Assembly: GCA_044222475.1 (NCBI GenBank)
Contig: JBGANF010000020.1
Span: 18,658 to 82,657, forward strand
Direction of reading: 5' to 3'
From: Polyangiaceae bacterium
GTDB taxonomy: Bacteria > Myxococcota_A > Polyangia > Polyangiales > Polyangiaceae
Length of the DNA stretch: 64,000 nt
How positions within the stretch are numbered: the stretch's first letter is position 1; each line of letters begins with the position of its first letter. Shown piece by piece: positions 7,463-16,630 of this stretch. The position numbers were made by a program, and so were the translations under genes. The notes beneath the pieces are model-generated. The model did no database searches. It was not told where the DNA came from and was given only the letters and a program-made list of their open reading frames with translations.

Positions 7463-9091
7463 TTGTCGGTCATGGCTTTTCGTGCATCTTTCGCGGCGTT
7501 TTTGGGGGTTTGTGGGGCCCTCGCCCTCGGCTGTTCCGCCCCCTCGGGGGACGAGGCCACCTCGGCCGACGACCTCACCGGGGTCACCAGCACCGAGCGC
7601 CCGATCGAGCTCACGTCGTACGTCTACGTCGACCCGTCGGCGAACGACGGCGTCATCAAGGCCGCCATCGCGCGTCAGATCAAGACCGCGCTCGGCGCCC
7701 TCCGGCAGCCGAAGGTCTCGCTGAACGACCGCGGGGCCCAGTCGAACCTCGATCCGTCGAAGTGGACGCGGACGACGCTCGACGTGGTCGATCCGTCCAA
7801 CCCGAACGCGCCGGCGAAGAAGGTCCTCAAGGTGACGTTCCCGTACGCCGACCGCGCGGTCGTGACGAACGCGCTCGCCACGCGCAGCGCGCTCGATTTC
7901 ACGATGCTCGCCGGCGACTACACCGGCTACGCGAGCACCATCAAGACGTCGTGCTCGGACGACGCGACGACCGACACCGACTCCCTCTGGTACCACTTCC
8001 AGCCGACCACGACCGCGTGTCGGTCGCTCATCAGCGCCGAGACGACGCGCATCACGACCGAGCGGCAGAAGCTCGCGGGTCGGCCCGGCGCGATCGGCCC
8101 CGCCGAAGCTGGCCGCTGGTTCATGCCGGTGACGGCGAAGCTCGGACCGGCGAAGAAGCCGGCGGTCGCGTACTCGCCCGAGTACGACCGCCTCTTCGGC
8201 GTCGGATCGGACAAGTCCAACCTCGTCGTCTACGCGTTCTTCGGCGTCGACACGGACGAGACCAACCCGGACGACTTGCTCGCCCAAGAGGCGATGAAGT
8301 TCCTGCGCACGATGCTCGCCGCGCAGCCGAATTTCCGGCCGACGAAGACGGATCCGGGAACGATGCTCCTCGACCTCTGGGTCGACGGGAAGAAGCTCGA
8401 CGGTGTCACCTACGCGCGGATGTTCCAGTGGATCGTCGACAAGAGCGGCTACCCCGCCGAGGTCGGGAGCGACGCGACCAAGATCGCCGCGCTCCGCCGC
8501 CAAGCGCTCGCGAAGTTCACCGAGCGATGGATCACGTGGACGTTGCCGATGCAGGTGAACGCGAAGACGGTCACCGTCGAGGTGCGCAGCTTCTACGGCT
8601 ACGAGGACGGGTCGGCCGACGCGCGGCAGCACGCGCAGTGGCGCTACCTCGAAGCGTTCTGGTACGGCGACGTGTTCCTCTACAACGGGCACTCGCACTT
8701 CGGTCACGGCCCGCTCGAGCCGTCGCTCTACGGCCCAGGGAACTTCAACGACCGCTACCAGATCCTGCTCGTGAACAGCTGCATCTCGTTCAACTACTAC
8801 CACGACGATTTTCTGAAGATGAAGCCGGGCGGCTCGAAGAACCTCGACATGGTCGTGAACGGTCTCCCGTCGTACGTGCTCGACGGAGGCGTCGCGACCG
8901 CGCGCTTCCTCGGCGGGCTCTTGTCGGGCAAGCAGCCGACCTACGCGGATCTCCTGAACGGGATGCGGCTGGATTTCCCCTGGGGCGAGAAGCAGTACGA
9001 TCCGATGCGCGTCGTCGACGGCGAGCTCGACAACGTGTTCTCCCAGGCGAAGACGCCCATCGCGATCAGCCCGCTCGGCCCAATATACTGA
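7463..9091 (+). CDS. Lipoprotein with putative clan-CD (caspase/gingipain-like) His-Cys domain
   Basis: Lipobox ALGC, plus VFLYNGHS and ILLVNSCIS motifs. The start may be 7472. Confidence 0.6.
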   Translation: MSVMAFRASFAAFLGVCGALALGCSAPSGDEATSADDLTGVTSTERPIELTSYVYVDPSANDGVIKAAIARQIKTALGALRQPKVSLNDRGAQSNLDPSKWTRTTLDVVDPSNPNAPAKKVLKVTFPYADRAVVTNALATRSALDFTMLAGDYTGYASTIKTSCSDDATTDTDSLWYHFQPTTTACRSLISAETTRITTERQKLAGRPGAIGPAEAGRWFMPVTAKLGPAKKPAVAYSPEYDRLFGVGSDKSNLVVYAFFGVDTDETNPDDLLAQEAMKFLRTMLAAQPNFRPTKTDPGTMLLDLWVDGKKLDGVTYARMFQWIVDKSGYPAEVGSDATKIAALRRQALAKFTERWITWTLPMQVNAKTVTVEVRSFYGYEDGSADARQHAQWRYLEAFWYGDVFLYNGHSHFGHGPLEPSLYGPGNFNDRYQILLVNSCISFNYYHDDFLKMKPGGSKNLDMVVNGLPSYVLDGGVATARFLGGLLSGKQPTYADLLNGMRLDFPWGEKQYDPMRVVDGELDNVFSQAKTPIAISPLGPIY

Positions 9092-9095
9092 GGGG

Positions 9096-10100
9096 ATGCG
9101 GGTCGTCGCGCTCAACGTCGGTTCCTCCACCGTCAAGTGGTCCACGTTCGACGGAGTCGAGCGCGACGAGCCGTGGCCCATGAAGCGACAAGCGTCGTCC
9201 GGCGCGCTCAGCGACGACGCGCTGCATGCTCTCCTGCACGGAGCCGACGTCGTCGCGCACCGCGTCGTGCACGGCGGCGCGCGACGCGCTCCGGCGATCG
9301 TCGACGACGAGCTCGTCCACGCCATCGAGGAGCTCGTGCCGCTCGCGCCGCTTCACCTGCCTCCGGCCCTCGCCGTGCTGAGGCGAGCGCGCGCTGCGAC
9401 GCGCGCGCCGCAGGTCGCCTGCTTCGACACCGCGTTCCACGCGACGCTCCCGGCGGTCGCGGCTCGGTTCGCCGTGTCCGACGCGGCGACCGCGCTCGGC
9501 GTCCGGCGCTACGGGTTCCACGGGCTCTCGTACGAGTACGTACGCGGGACGCTCGGGTCCGCGCCGCCTTCGCGCGTCGTGGTCCTTCACCTCGGCAACG
9601 GCGCGAGCGCGTGCGCCATGAAGGACGGCGTCTCGATCGACACGACGATGGGCATGACGCCGACCGGCGGGTTCCCGATGGGCACTCGCTCCGGCGATCT
9701 CGACCCTGGCGTGCTCCTCTTCTTGATGCGCGAGCACGGCTACGACGAAGCGAGGCTCGCGAAGCTGCTCGAGCACGAGTCGGGACTCCTCGGCATGGGC
9801 GGCACCGCCGACATGCGCGAGCTCCTCGCGCGCCGCGCGAGCGACGACCGCGCGCGCCTCGCGGTCGACGTCTTCGTGTACTCGATCAAGAAGACGGTCG
9901 GCGCGTTCGCCGCTGCGCTCGGCGGGCTCGACCTGCTCGTGTTCACCGGCGGCATCGGCGAGCACGCGACCGAGGTGCGCGATGCGATCACGTCGGGCCT
10001 CGCACACCTCGGCGCGTTCGAGGTGCGGGTCGTGGAGACGAACGAAGAGCTCGTGATGGCGAGACACGCGAGCGCCCTCTGTCCACCGGGCGGGTTTTAG
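9096..10100 (+). CDS. ackA: Acetate/propionate kinase
   Basis: NVGSSTVK, HRVVHGG, FDTAFH, RRYGFHG, HLGNGAS, TGGIGE, TNEEL. Confidence 0.95.
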   Translation: MRVVALNVGSSTVKWSTFDGVERDEPWPMKRQASSGALSDDALHALLHGADVVAHRVVHGGARRAPAIVDDELVHAIEELVPLAPLHLPPALAVLRRARAATRAPQVACFDTAFHATLPAVAARFAVSDAATALGVRRYGFHGLSYEYVRGTLGSAPPSRVVVLHLGNGASACAMKDGVSIDTTMGMTPTGGFPMGTRSGDLDPGVLLFLMREHGYDEARLAKLLEHESGLLGMGGTADMRELLARRASDDRARLAVDVFVYSIKKTVGAFAAALGGLDLLVFTGGIGEHATEVRDAITSGLAHLGAFEVRVVETNEELVMARHASALCPPGGF

Positions 10101-10159
10101 ACCGTTTCAGGAGCGATTCTCGCTAGTTCCAGCATGATGACCTCTGCGGAGGATTCGCC

Positions 10160-12019
10160 ATGCACAAGGTCTTCGTTGCACTTTCAGCATGCTCGGCCCT
10201 GGTTCTCGCGGGGTGCGGCAGCCACCCGAGCGGCTTCGACCCGCAGAGCGACGGCGGCGCGTCCGACGCCGGCCTCGATCCCGACGTCGCGTTCTCTCCC
10301 GGCGACGGCGGTGGCTGCGGCATCGGGTGCTCCCCCGACGGGACGCAGGTCGTCGACTGCAACGGCAACGTGAAGCAGACCTGCACCGGGACCGATCGCT
10401 GCGGCGCGGGGACGTGCATGGCTCCGTGCGATGCGGCCAAGGCGAACCGCTCGTCGGTCGGGTGCGACTACTACGCGGTCGACATGTCGGCGATCGGCGC
10501 CGGCTACGGCGCGTGCTTCGTCGCGTTCTTCGCCAACACGTTCACGACCAACGCGAAGATCCAAGCGAGCTTCGGCGGAAACGCGCTCGACCTCGCGAAG
10601 TACGCGAAGATCCCGAAGGGCAGCGGCATCAACGTCAGCTACGGCGACTATGATCCCAACGTGGGATTGCCCCCGGGCGAGGTCGCGATCCTGTTCCTCG
10701 CCAACGATCCCAAGGCGCACGGCAACTGGCTGCCGGCCAAGGCGTGCCCGGTGCCGGCCGCGGTCGGGCTCGAGGCGCAGAACAAGTGGACCAACTACGG
10801 GATCAGCACCCACAAGCGCATGACGTTCCACGTGACGAGCGACGTGCCGGTCGTCGGCTACCAGATGCTGCCGTACGGCGGCGGCTCGGCCGCGCTCACC
10901 GGCGCGACGCTGCTTCTCCCGACGAGCGCGTGGGACGACAACTACGTCGGCGCGAGCGCGCTGTGGGCAGCCGACTTCCAGGGCATGGCGATCCCTCCGA
11001 CGATGGCGATCGTCGCGAAGGAAGACACGCAGGTCACGATGCTGCCGACCGTGCCGGTGAAGTCCGGCTACGACGGCTTCACGACCGACGCGCCGGCCAA
11101 CGCGCCGCTGAAGTTCTCGCTGAAGGCCGGCGAGACCGTCGAGTTCATCCAGACCCAAGAGCTCACCGGCAGCGCGATCAAGGCCGACCACCCCGTCGCG
11201 GTGTTCGCCGGACACATGGGCTTGAGGATCCCGTTCAACGTGGACTGGAGCGATCACGCCGAGCAGCAAATCCCCCCGGTGCGCGCGATGGGGCACGACT
11301 ATGCGGGGGTGAGCTACCGCGATCGCGTCGCCGGCGTCGTGGAGGATCGCCTCTGGCGCATCGTCGGCGCGGTCGACGGCACGTCGCTCACGTTCGACCC
11401 GCCGATCGCGGGCGCGCCGGCCACCATCGGCTACGGCAAAATCGCCGAGTTCCACACCGACGTGCCGTTCCACGTGAAGAGCCAGGACAAGGATCACCCG
11501 TTCATGGTGTTCACGTACATGTCCGGCTCGGCGAACCTCGCGGAGAAGGGCGGCGGCGTCGGTTACGGCGATCCCGACTTCCTGCGCCTGGTGCCCGGGC
11601 CTCAGTTCATGAACCGCTACGTCTTCCTCACCGATCCGACGTACCCGGAGACGAACCTCGTCCTCGTGCGAAAGCGCGGTCAGAGCGGCTTCGCCGAGGT
11701 GAACCTCGACTGCCTCGGGAACGTGGGCGGCTGGGCCGACGTCGGCAAGGACGGCCAGTACCAGGTTGCGCGCGTCGACCTCTCGAAGGACAACTTCGTC
11801 GCCCAGGGCAAATGCAACAACGGCCGCCACGAGGCGACGAGCGCGAGTCCGTTCGGCGTGTACGTGTGGGGGTGGGGCTCGCCCAAGACGCGCCCGAACG
11901 AGTCGTCGCCGTGCGACGTGACCAAGCCCGACAACTCGTGCGACGTCAGCTACGCCTACGCCGCCGGGGAAAACGCAGCTCCCATCAACGACGTGGTGGT
12001 CCTCCCGCAGCCGAAATGA
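10160..12019 (+). CDS. Lipoprotein with IgGFc-binding-protein N-terminal-like domain
   Basis: Lipobox LAGC, SSVGCDYYAV, ATLLLPTSAW, LTGSAIKADHPVAVF, DHAEQQIPP, SYAYAAG. Confidence 0.75.
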   Translation: MHKVFVALSACSALVLAGCGSHPSGFDPQSDGGASDAGLDPDVAFSPGDGGGCGIGCSPDGTQVVDCNGNVKQTCTGTDRCGAGTCMAPCDAAKANRSSVGCDYYAVDMSAIGAGYGACFVAFFANTFTTNAKIQASFGGNALDLAKYAKIPKGSGINVSYGDYDPNVGLPPGEVAILFLANDPKAHGNWLPAKACPVPAAVGLEAQNKWTNYGISTHKRMTFHVTSDVPVVGYQMLPYGGGSAALTGATLLLPTSAWDDNYVGASALWAADFQGMAIPPTMAIVAKEDTQVTMLPTVPVKSGYDGFTTDAPANAPLKFSLKAGETVEFIQTQELTGSAIKADHPVAVFAGHMGLRIPFNVDWSDHAEQQIPPVRAMGHDYAGVSYRDRVAGVVEDRLWRIVGAVDGTSLTFDPPIAGAPATIGYGKIAEFHTDVPFHVKSQDKDHPFMVFTYMSGSANLAEKGGGVGYGDPDFLRLVPGPQFMNRYVFLTDPTYPETNLVLVRKRGQSGFAEVNLDCLGNVGGWADVGKDGQYQVARVDLSKDNFVAQGKCNNGRHEATSASPFGVYVWGWGSPKTRPNESSPCDVTKPDNSCDVSYAYAAGENAAPINDVVVLPQPK

Positions 12020-12062
12020 CGTGCTGGCGCGCGGGCGCGACGTTCGCTACCGTGCGCCCGCC

Positions 12063-12593
12063 ATGGAACTTCGCGCCGATGCCACCATCCCGTTCCCGCG
12101 TCCCGTCGTCTTCGCCGCCTACCGCGACAAGCTGCAGGACATGCTCGAGTACCTGCCGAACGTCCGGAAGATCGAGGTGCGCAAGCGCGAGGAAGACGGC
12201 AAGACGATCAAGCTCCTGAACTTCTGGCAGGGCGGGGGAGACATCCCGGCCGCGGCCCGCGCGTTCGTCAGCGAGGCGATGTTGTCGTGGCTCGACTACG
12301 CGACCTGGAACGAGGAGACGTACACCTGCGAGTGGCGCATCGAACCGGGCGCGATGACCGAGGCGATTACCTGCAAGGGCCACAACAAGTTCACGCAGCT
12401 CGACGGCGACGGCGGGACTCACCTCGAGATCCGCGGCGAGCTGACGATCGACCCGAAGAAGCTGAAGGGCGTGCCCGGGTTCATCTCGGGCAAGGTCGCG
12501 AAGACCGTGGAGGATCTCCTCGCGTCGAAGATTCGCCCGAACCTCGTCGGCACCGCCGACGGCGTCACGAAGTGGCTCAAGGCCAAGGGCTGA
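12063..12593 (+). CDS. SRPBCC/START-like hypothetical protein
   Basis: Clean ORF with a helix-grip-like pattern (IPFPRPVVF...YLPNV). Confidence 0.55.
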   Translation: MELRADATIPFPRPVVFAAYRDKLQDMLEYLPNVRKIEVRKREEDGKTIKLLNFWQGGGDIPAAARAFVSEAMLSWLDYATWNEETYTCEWRIEPGAMTEAITCKGHNKFTQLDGDGGTHLEIRGELTIDPKKLKGVPGFISGKVAKTVEDLLASKIRPNLVGTADGVTKWLKAKG

Positions 12594-12651
12594 GAGGCCT
12601 TCACACAACTTCATGGAACCGGGGGAGGCTCGTGCCAACATTGGCGCGCAC

Positions 12652-13467
12652 ATGAAGCTCGAGCGCCGCCCCCTCGGTCCTGGTCCGAACTCGCCCCTCG
12701 TCGCTCCCCTCGGCCTCGCCGGATCGTACGGTCTCGACGCCGACGGCGTGGAGCGCGCGTACCACGAGTGGGGCATCAACTACTTCTTCGTCACGATGAA
12801 GATGAAGCCGATGATCGAGGGCATCAAGCGCCTCATCGCGGCCGGTCATCGCGACGACCTCGTGATCTGCTCGGGCGCGAGCATCCCGACCGGCTCGGGC
12901 GTGAAGTCGGCGTTCGAGAAGGCCGCGAAGACGCTCGGCACCGATCGCATCGACGTGTTCCAGGTGTTCTGGGTTCAGTACCACTGGTACGTGACCGGGA
13001 AGACGTGGCCGGCGATGCGCGAGCTCAAGGAGTCGGGCAAGGTCGGCAAGCTCGGCGTGTCGATCCACGATCGGGTGATGGCGCGGAAGCTCGTCGACGA
13101 GCTGGGTCTCGATCTCCTGATGATCCGGTACAACGCGGCGCACCGCGGGGCGGAGAAGGAGATCTTCGCGACGCTCCCCGAGCAGCGGCCGGCGATCGTC
13201 GCGTACACCGCGACGCGCTGGGGGAAGCTGCTTCAGCCGGTGAAGGGCCTCGGTCCGATGAGCGCGGAGGAGTGCTACCGGTTTCCGATCTCGAACCCGA
13301 ACGTCGATCTGGTGCTGTGCGGCCCGAAGACCTACGACGAGCTCGCGATCGACGCCGCAGGCGTCGCGAAGGGGCCGCTCCCCGAGTCGCGCCTCGGCGA
13401 AGTGAAGACCTTCGGAGACGCGGTGCGCTCGACCGCGACGGGCACGCTGGGCTTCGCGGGGATCTGA
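12652..13467 (+). CDS. Aldo/keto reductase family protein
   Basis: LERRPLG, LGTDRIDVF, LKESGKVGKLGVSIH, RYNAAHRGAE. Confidence 0.85.
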   Translation: MKLERRPLGPGPNSPLVAPLGLAGSYGLDADGVERAYHEWGINYFFVTMKMKPMIEGIKRLIAAGHRDDLVICSGASIPTGSGVKSAFEKAAKTLGTDRIDVFQVFWVQYHWYVTGKTWPAMRELKESGKVGKLGVSIHDRVMARKLVDELGLDLLMIRYNAAHRGAEKEIFATLPEQRPAIVAYTATRWGKLLQPVKGLGPMSAEECYRFPISNPNVDLVLCGPKTYDELAIDAAGVAKGPLPESRLGEVKTFGDAVRSTATGTLGFAGI

Positions 13468-13489
13468 CGCGTCGACCCGCAGACCTCCT

Positions 13490-13603
13490 CAGAGCGAGAG
13501 AACAGGAAGGTCGGAAGGTCGGAAGGTCAGAATGGGTTTGCCCCCGATGCCGACCCTCTGAATACTTCCCGTCCTTCCGCCCTTCCTGTTCTCTCTCTCT
13601 CTG
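13490..13603. repeat. Long imperfect inverted repeat between convergent genes
   Basis: Arms 13490-13531 and 13557-13603 share an exact GAGAGAACAGGAAGG core and internal GGAAG iterations. Confidence 0.7.
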
Positions 13604-13605
13604 GG

Positions 13606-14676
13606 TCAGGGCGGTGGTGGGTCGGCAATGCCGGGCGGCGCCTCCGCGTCCTTCACGAGGAGCGCCGTCAGCGTGCCCGAGCCCTTGCCGCTCGACGAGC
13701 TGCCGATCGCCACGTCGTCGGCGGAGAGCGAGCCCGAGCCGAGGACGCCGCCGTTCTTGTCCTTCGCGAACGACGACGTGAGACGCGTGTTGCGCAAGGT
13801 GACCACCGGGCTCGTCACGAAGATGTCGACCGGGAGGTTCACGAACTGCGCCGTGCCGTCGGGTTGATCGACGACGCAGCCCTTCGCCACGAACGAGTAG
13901 CTCGATACCGGGTTGGTATCGGCGATGAAGTCGGGGTACTCGGTCACGCCGTCCGAGCGGGTCGACGGAGCGACGCACGTCGGCGGCCCGGGGATGGTGC
14001 GGCACGCATCGGTGCTCGGGCATCCGTTCGGGCAGCGCTTGGGGTCTTGGTTGCGGCCCGCGCGGACGAAGAAGGAAGAGAACTTCCCGGTCGCCGGGTC
14101 GACGACGATCTTCGCCCAGAGTCGCACCTGCGTGCCGAGGGGCTTCACCACGTCGATGAGGACGAAGTAGTAGCCCGACGCCGGAAGCACGTTCGTCGGG
14201 GCGCTGCACTTCAGGTCGAACTGGTAGCCGAAGTTGATCTTGCGCCGCGCGTTCGTCGTGACGTCGCTGCCGATCGCGTGGAGGCCGGGCTCGATCAACA
14301 AGACGAGCCCAGGGTTGATGGGGAACGCGCCGGTGGGCGCGATCGTGAACGTGGTCTTGTCGGCGTTGAACTCGCCGATGCCGCCCTTCTCGCCGTCGCG
14401 ATCGCTGAAGGTGTAGACCGTCTGGAGATCGCCGGGAGGGTCGGTCTCGTCGCCGAGGCGGCCGCGGTTGTCGAGGATGTTCTTGGCGATCTTGAGCTGC
14501 AGGGTGCTCGTGTCGATCGGCTTCGTGAAGCGGACGACGACCGGCGCCGCCGGGTCGGGCAGAAGGTTCGCGTTCGCTTCGGGGAGGAACGCCTCGGGAG
14601 GAGCTTCGTACGTCTCGCACGCCGGCGCCTGGAGCGCGGCGAGCACGATGAGAGCGGGGAAGAGAAGGCGTCGCAT
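13606..14676 (-). CDS. Hypothetical lipoprotein with Ig-like N-terminal domain
   Basis: Signal MRRLLFPALIVLAALQAPAC and VVVRFTKPIDTSTL, which resembles a Big_5 Ig-like strand. Confidence 0.65.
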   Translation of the reverse strand: MRRLLFPALIVLAALQAPACETYEAPPEAFLPEANANLLPDPAAPVVVRFTKPIDTSTLQLKIAKNILDNRGRLGDETDPPGDLQTVYTFSDRDGEKGGIGEFNADKTTFTIAPTGAFPINPGLVLLIEPGLHAIGSDVTTNARRKINFGYQFDLKCSAPTNVLPASGYYFVLIDVVKPLGTQVRLWAKIVVDPATGKFSSFFVRAGRNQDPKRCPNGCPSTDACRTIPGPPTCVAPSTRSDGVTEYPDFIADTNPVSSYSFVAKGCVVDQPDGTAQFVNLPVDIFVTSPVVTLRNTRLTSSFAKDKNGGVLGSGSLSADDVAIGSSSSGKGSGTLTALLVKDAEAPPGIADPPPP

Positions 14677-14684
14677 CGTCGTCC

Positions 14685-16580
14685 TCACAGATAGAACGTC
14701 GTCCGGCCTTGGACGAGGAAGCTCCGAACGGCGTAGCCGTCCACGTTTTGTAGCGCGTCCCCGGGAAAGAGCAGCGCGCCTTCGAGGTCGAACACGAAAT
14801 GGTTCAAGAGTCGGTACTGGAGCCTCAGGTCGATCTCCGTTCCGTAGTAGCGGCCCGGCTTTCCGCCAGCGAAGTTGACGAGATCGTCCTCGATGTTGAC
14901 GCTCTTGCGCCGCTGCAGCGAGGCGACGGGATCGATGAGCGGCGCGCTCGTCCACGCGAACATGACGCCGGCGCGGATCATGAAGTTCTTCACCGGCTTC
15001 AGGTCGAACTGCGGGAACAGCACCATCGCGTTGGTCATGCCGCCGCGGGTCGCGATGGCCTCGGTGGGGAGAGTCGCCGCGCCTAGGCGCTTGAGTAGCT
15101 CGGTGCCGGCGGCTGCGGCGCGGGCGGTCTGGAACGCGAGCACCTGCTTGAAGAGGAGCAATCCCACGTTGGTATCCTGGCCCCAGACGAAGTTGCTCAG
15201 CGTCGCCCGCGACGTCGGATCGGCGCTGCCCGAGGCGTAGTCGGCCTCGAGGTAGGCGGTGTAGATCGGCCGGTCGTAGCGCACGGTGAAGCGCGCTCCG
15301 CCCTGGAGGATGTTCTGGTCGACGACGGGGTCGTTCGTGATCTTCTGATACGCGGTCGAGATCTCGCGCGTGGAGCCGACGTTGAGCGCGGTGTCGAAGC
15401 CGAAGAAGAAATCGCCGAGGCGCGAGTAGTAGCGAACGCCGAAGCTGGAGACTCCCGAAAGCGAGCTCCACCGGTGGACGCCGTAGACGTTGACGAAGAA
15501 GTCCTCGATGGGGCCGAGCTTGTCGCTTCCGTAGCGCACGATCCCGCCGAACTGGTGGACGTCGTCGCCGAACGCCTGGGGGCTGTCGGTCACGAGCCGG
15601 TCGTAGGCGAGCGCGGTGATGAGGCCGTGCGCGCGATCGAGGTCGCGTTTGTCCTTCGGCTTGAAGGCCTCGAGCGGCTTCGTCGCGAAGGCGATGCGAT
15701 CGACGTAGCCGCCGCTCCCGGCGATGCCGAAGCGGTTCTGCCGTCCGTCGCCGTCCGCGATCTGGACGCCCATGCCTTCGATGAAGGGCTGACGGCCGAC
15801 GCGAATCAGTCCGATCGGCGTGACGACGTCGCCGTAGGCGCGGCGGATGTTGATCGCGCTCGCCGGGCAGAGCCCCCAGCCGTAGCTCCCGTTGTCGAGC
15901 GGGTCGAGCCCGGGCGCGCGGAGCTGCATGCAGACCGACGCGAGGTTCGGGTTCTTCGCGTTGATGTTCGCGCCGGCGTTCGACGACGGGTTGCCGCCGA
16001 GCGAGCCGTTGTCACCCCAGAGCACGCCGTCGAGGAGGTCGGCCGAGAACACGAGACGGGCCATCTCTCGGTAGTCGACGGCGGCGTCGACGCGGATGCG
16101 CTGCTCGATCGTCGAGAGGTTGCGCGCAGTGTCGGTCGTGAGGCTGACCGGGCGAACGTACGTGTACTGTGCACGGTACTCGACGCCGCCGCGGAAGCCG
16201 AAGTTGGCCGGCAGCGCGATCCGGTTGGCCGGCTTCGCGGGGTCGCGATCGATCCAGGGCTCGCCGTAGTGCCACTTGAACGGTCGGGCGGGGCCGGCCC
16301 TTCGGTGGGCCTCTTCGTCGGACTCGTCGTCGTCGTCGCTCGCGCTCGCGTCGGCCGGCTTCGCATCCGCCGGCGCCGCGTCGCCCGGCTTCGCGTCGGC
16401 TGGCTTTGCGTCGGCTGGCTTCGCGTCCACCGGCTTGGGGTCGGGGTTGGCGGGCGGAGGCGGGTCGGCAGGTTTCGCGTCGACCGGCTTCGGCGGCTCG
16501 ACCGGACCCGCGTCTTGGGCCCAGGCCGAAGCAGAGAGGGAGACGAACAGCGGGACGAGGAGGGCGGCGGCGCGTCTCAC
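14685..16580 (-). CDS. Outer-membrane beta-barrel protein (porin/alginate-export-like)
   Basis: GTG start with signal peptide, KPADA-rich linker, IRRAYG..RVGRQP, YYGTEIDL, and an aromatic C-terminal strand (GRTTFYL). Confidence 0.7.
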   Translation of the reverse strand: MRRAAALLVPLFVSLSASAWAQDAGPVEPPKPVDAKPADPPPPANPDPKPVDAKPADAKPADAKPGDAAPADAKPADASASDDDDESDEEAHRRAGPARPFKWHYGEPWIDRDPAKPANRIALPANFGFRGGVEYRAQYTYVRPVSLTTDTARNLSTIEQRIRVDAAVDYREMARLVFSADLLDGVLWGDNGSLGGNPSSNAGANINAKNPNLASVCMQLRAPGLDPLDNGSYGWGLCPASAINIRRAYGDVVTPIGLIRVGRQPFIEGMGVQIADGDGRQNRFGIAGSGGYVDRIAFATKPLEAFKPKDKRDLDRAHGLITALAYDRLVTDSPQAFGDDVHQFGGIVRYGSDKLGPIEDFFVNVYGVHRWSSLSGVSSFGVRYYSRLGDFFFGFDTALNVGSTREISTAYQKITNDPVVDQNILQGGARFTVRYDRPIYTAYLEADYASGSADPTSRATLSNFVWGQDTNVGLLLFKQVLAFQTARAAAAGTELLKRLGAATLPTEAIATRGGMTNAMVLFPQFDLKPVKNFMIRAGVMFAWTSAPLIDPVASLQRRKSVNIEDDLVNFAGGKPGRYYGTEIDLRLQYRLLNHFVFDLEGALLFPGDALQNVDGYAVRSFLVQGRTTFYL

Positions 16581-16630
16581 GGCACCAAGGTAGCCGAATG
16601 TACGCCGTAAAGTGGGGCAAATCAGCGCGG

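Noticed and set aside
3302..9325. 2007-aa minus-strand ORF
   Set aside because: It is the antisense shadow of xfp, the kinase and the lipoprotein. It is Arg-rich with no motifs, as expected at high GC.
16340..16500. KPADA tandem repeats
   Set aside because: This is an ordinary low-complexity linker in the barrel protein N-terminus.
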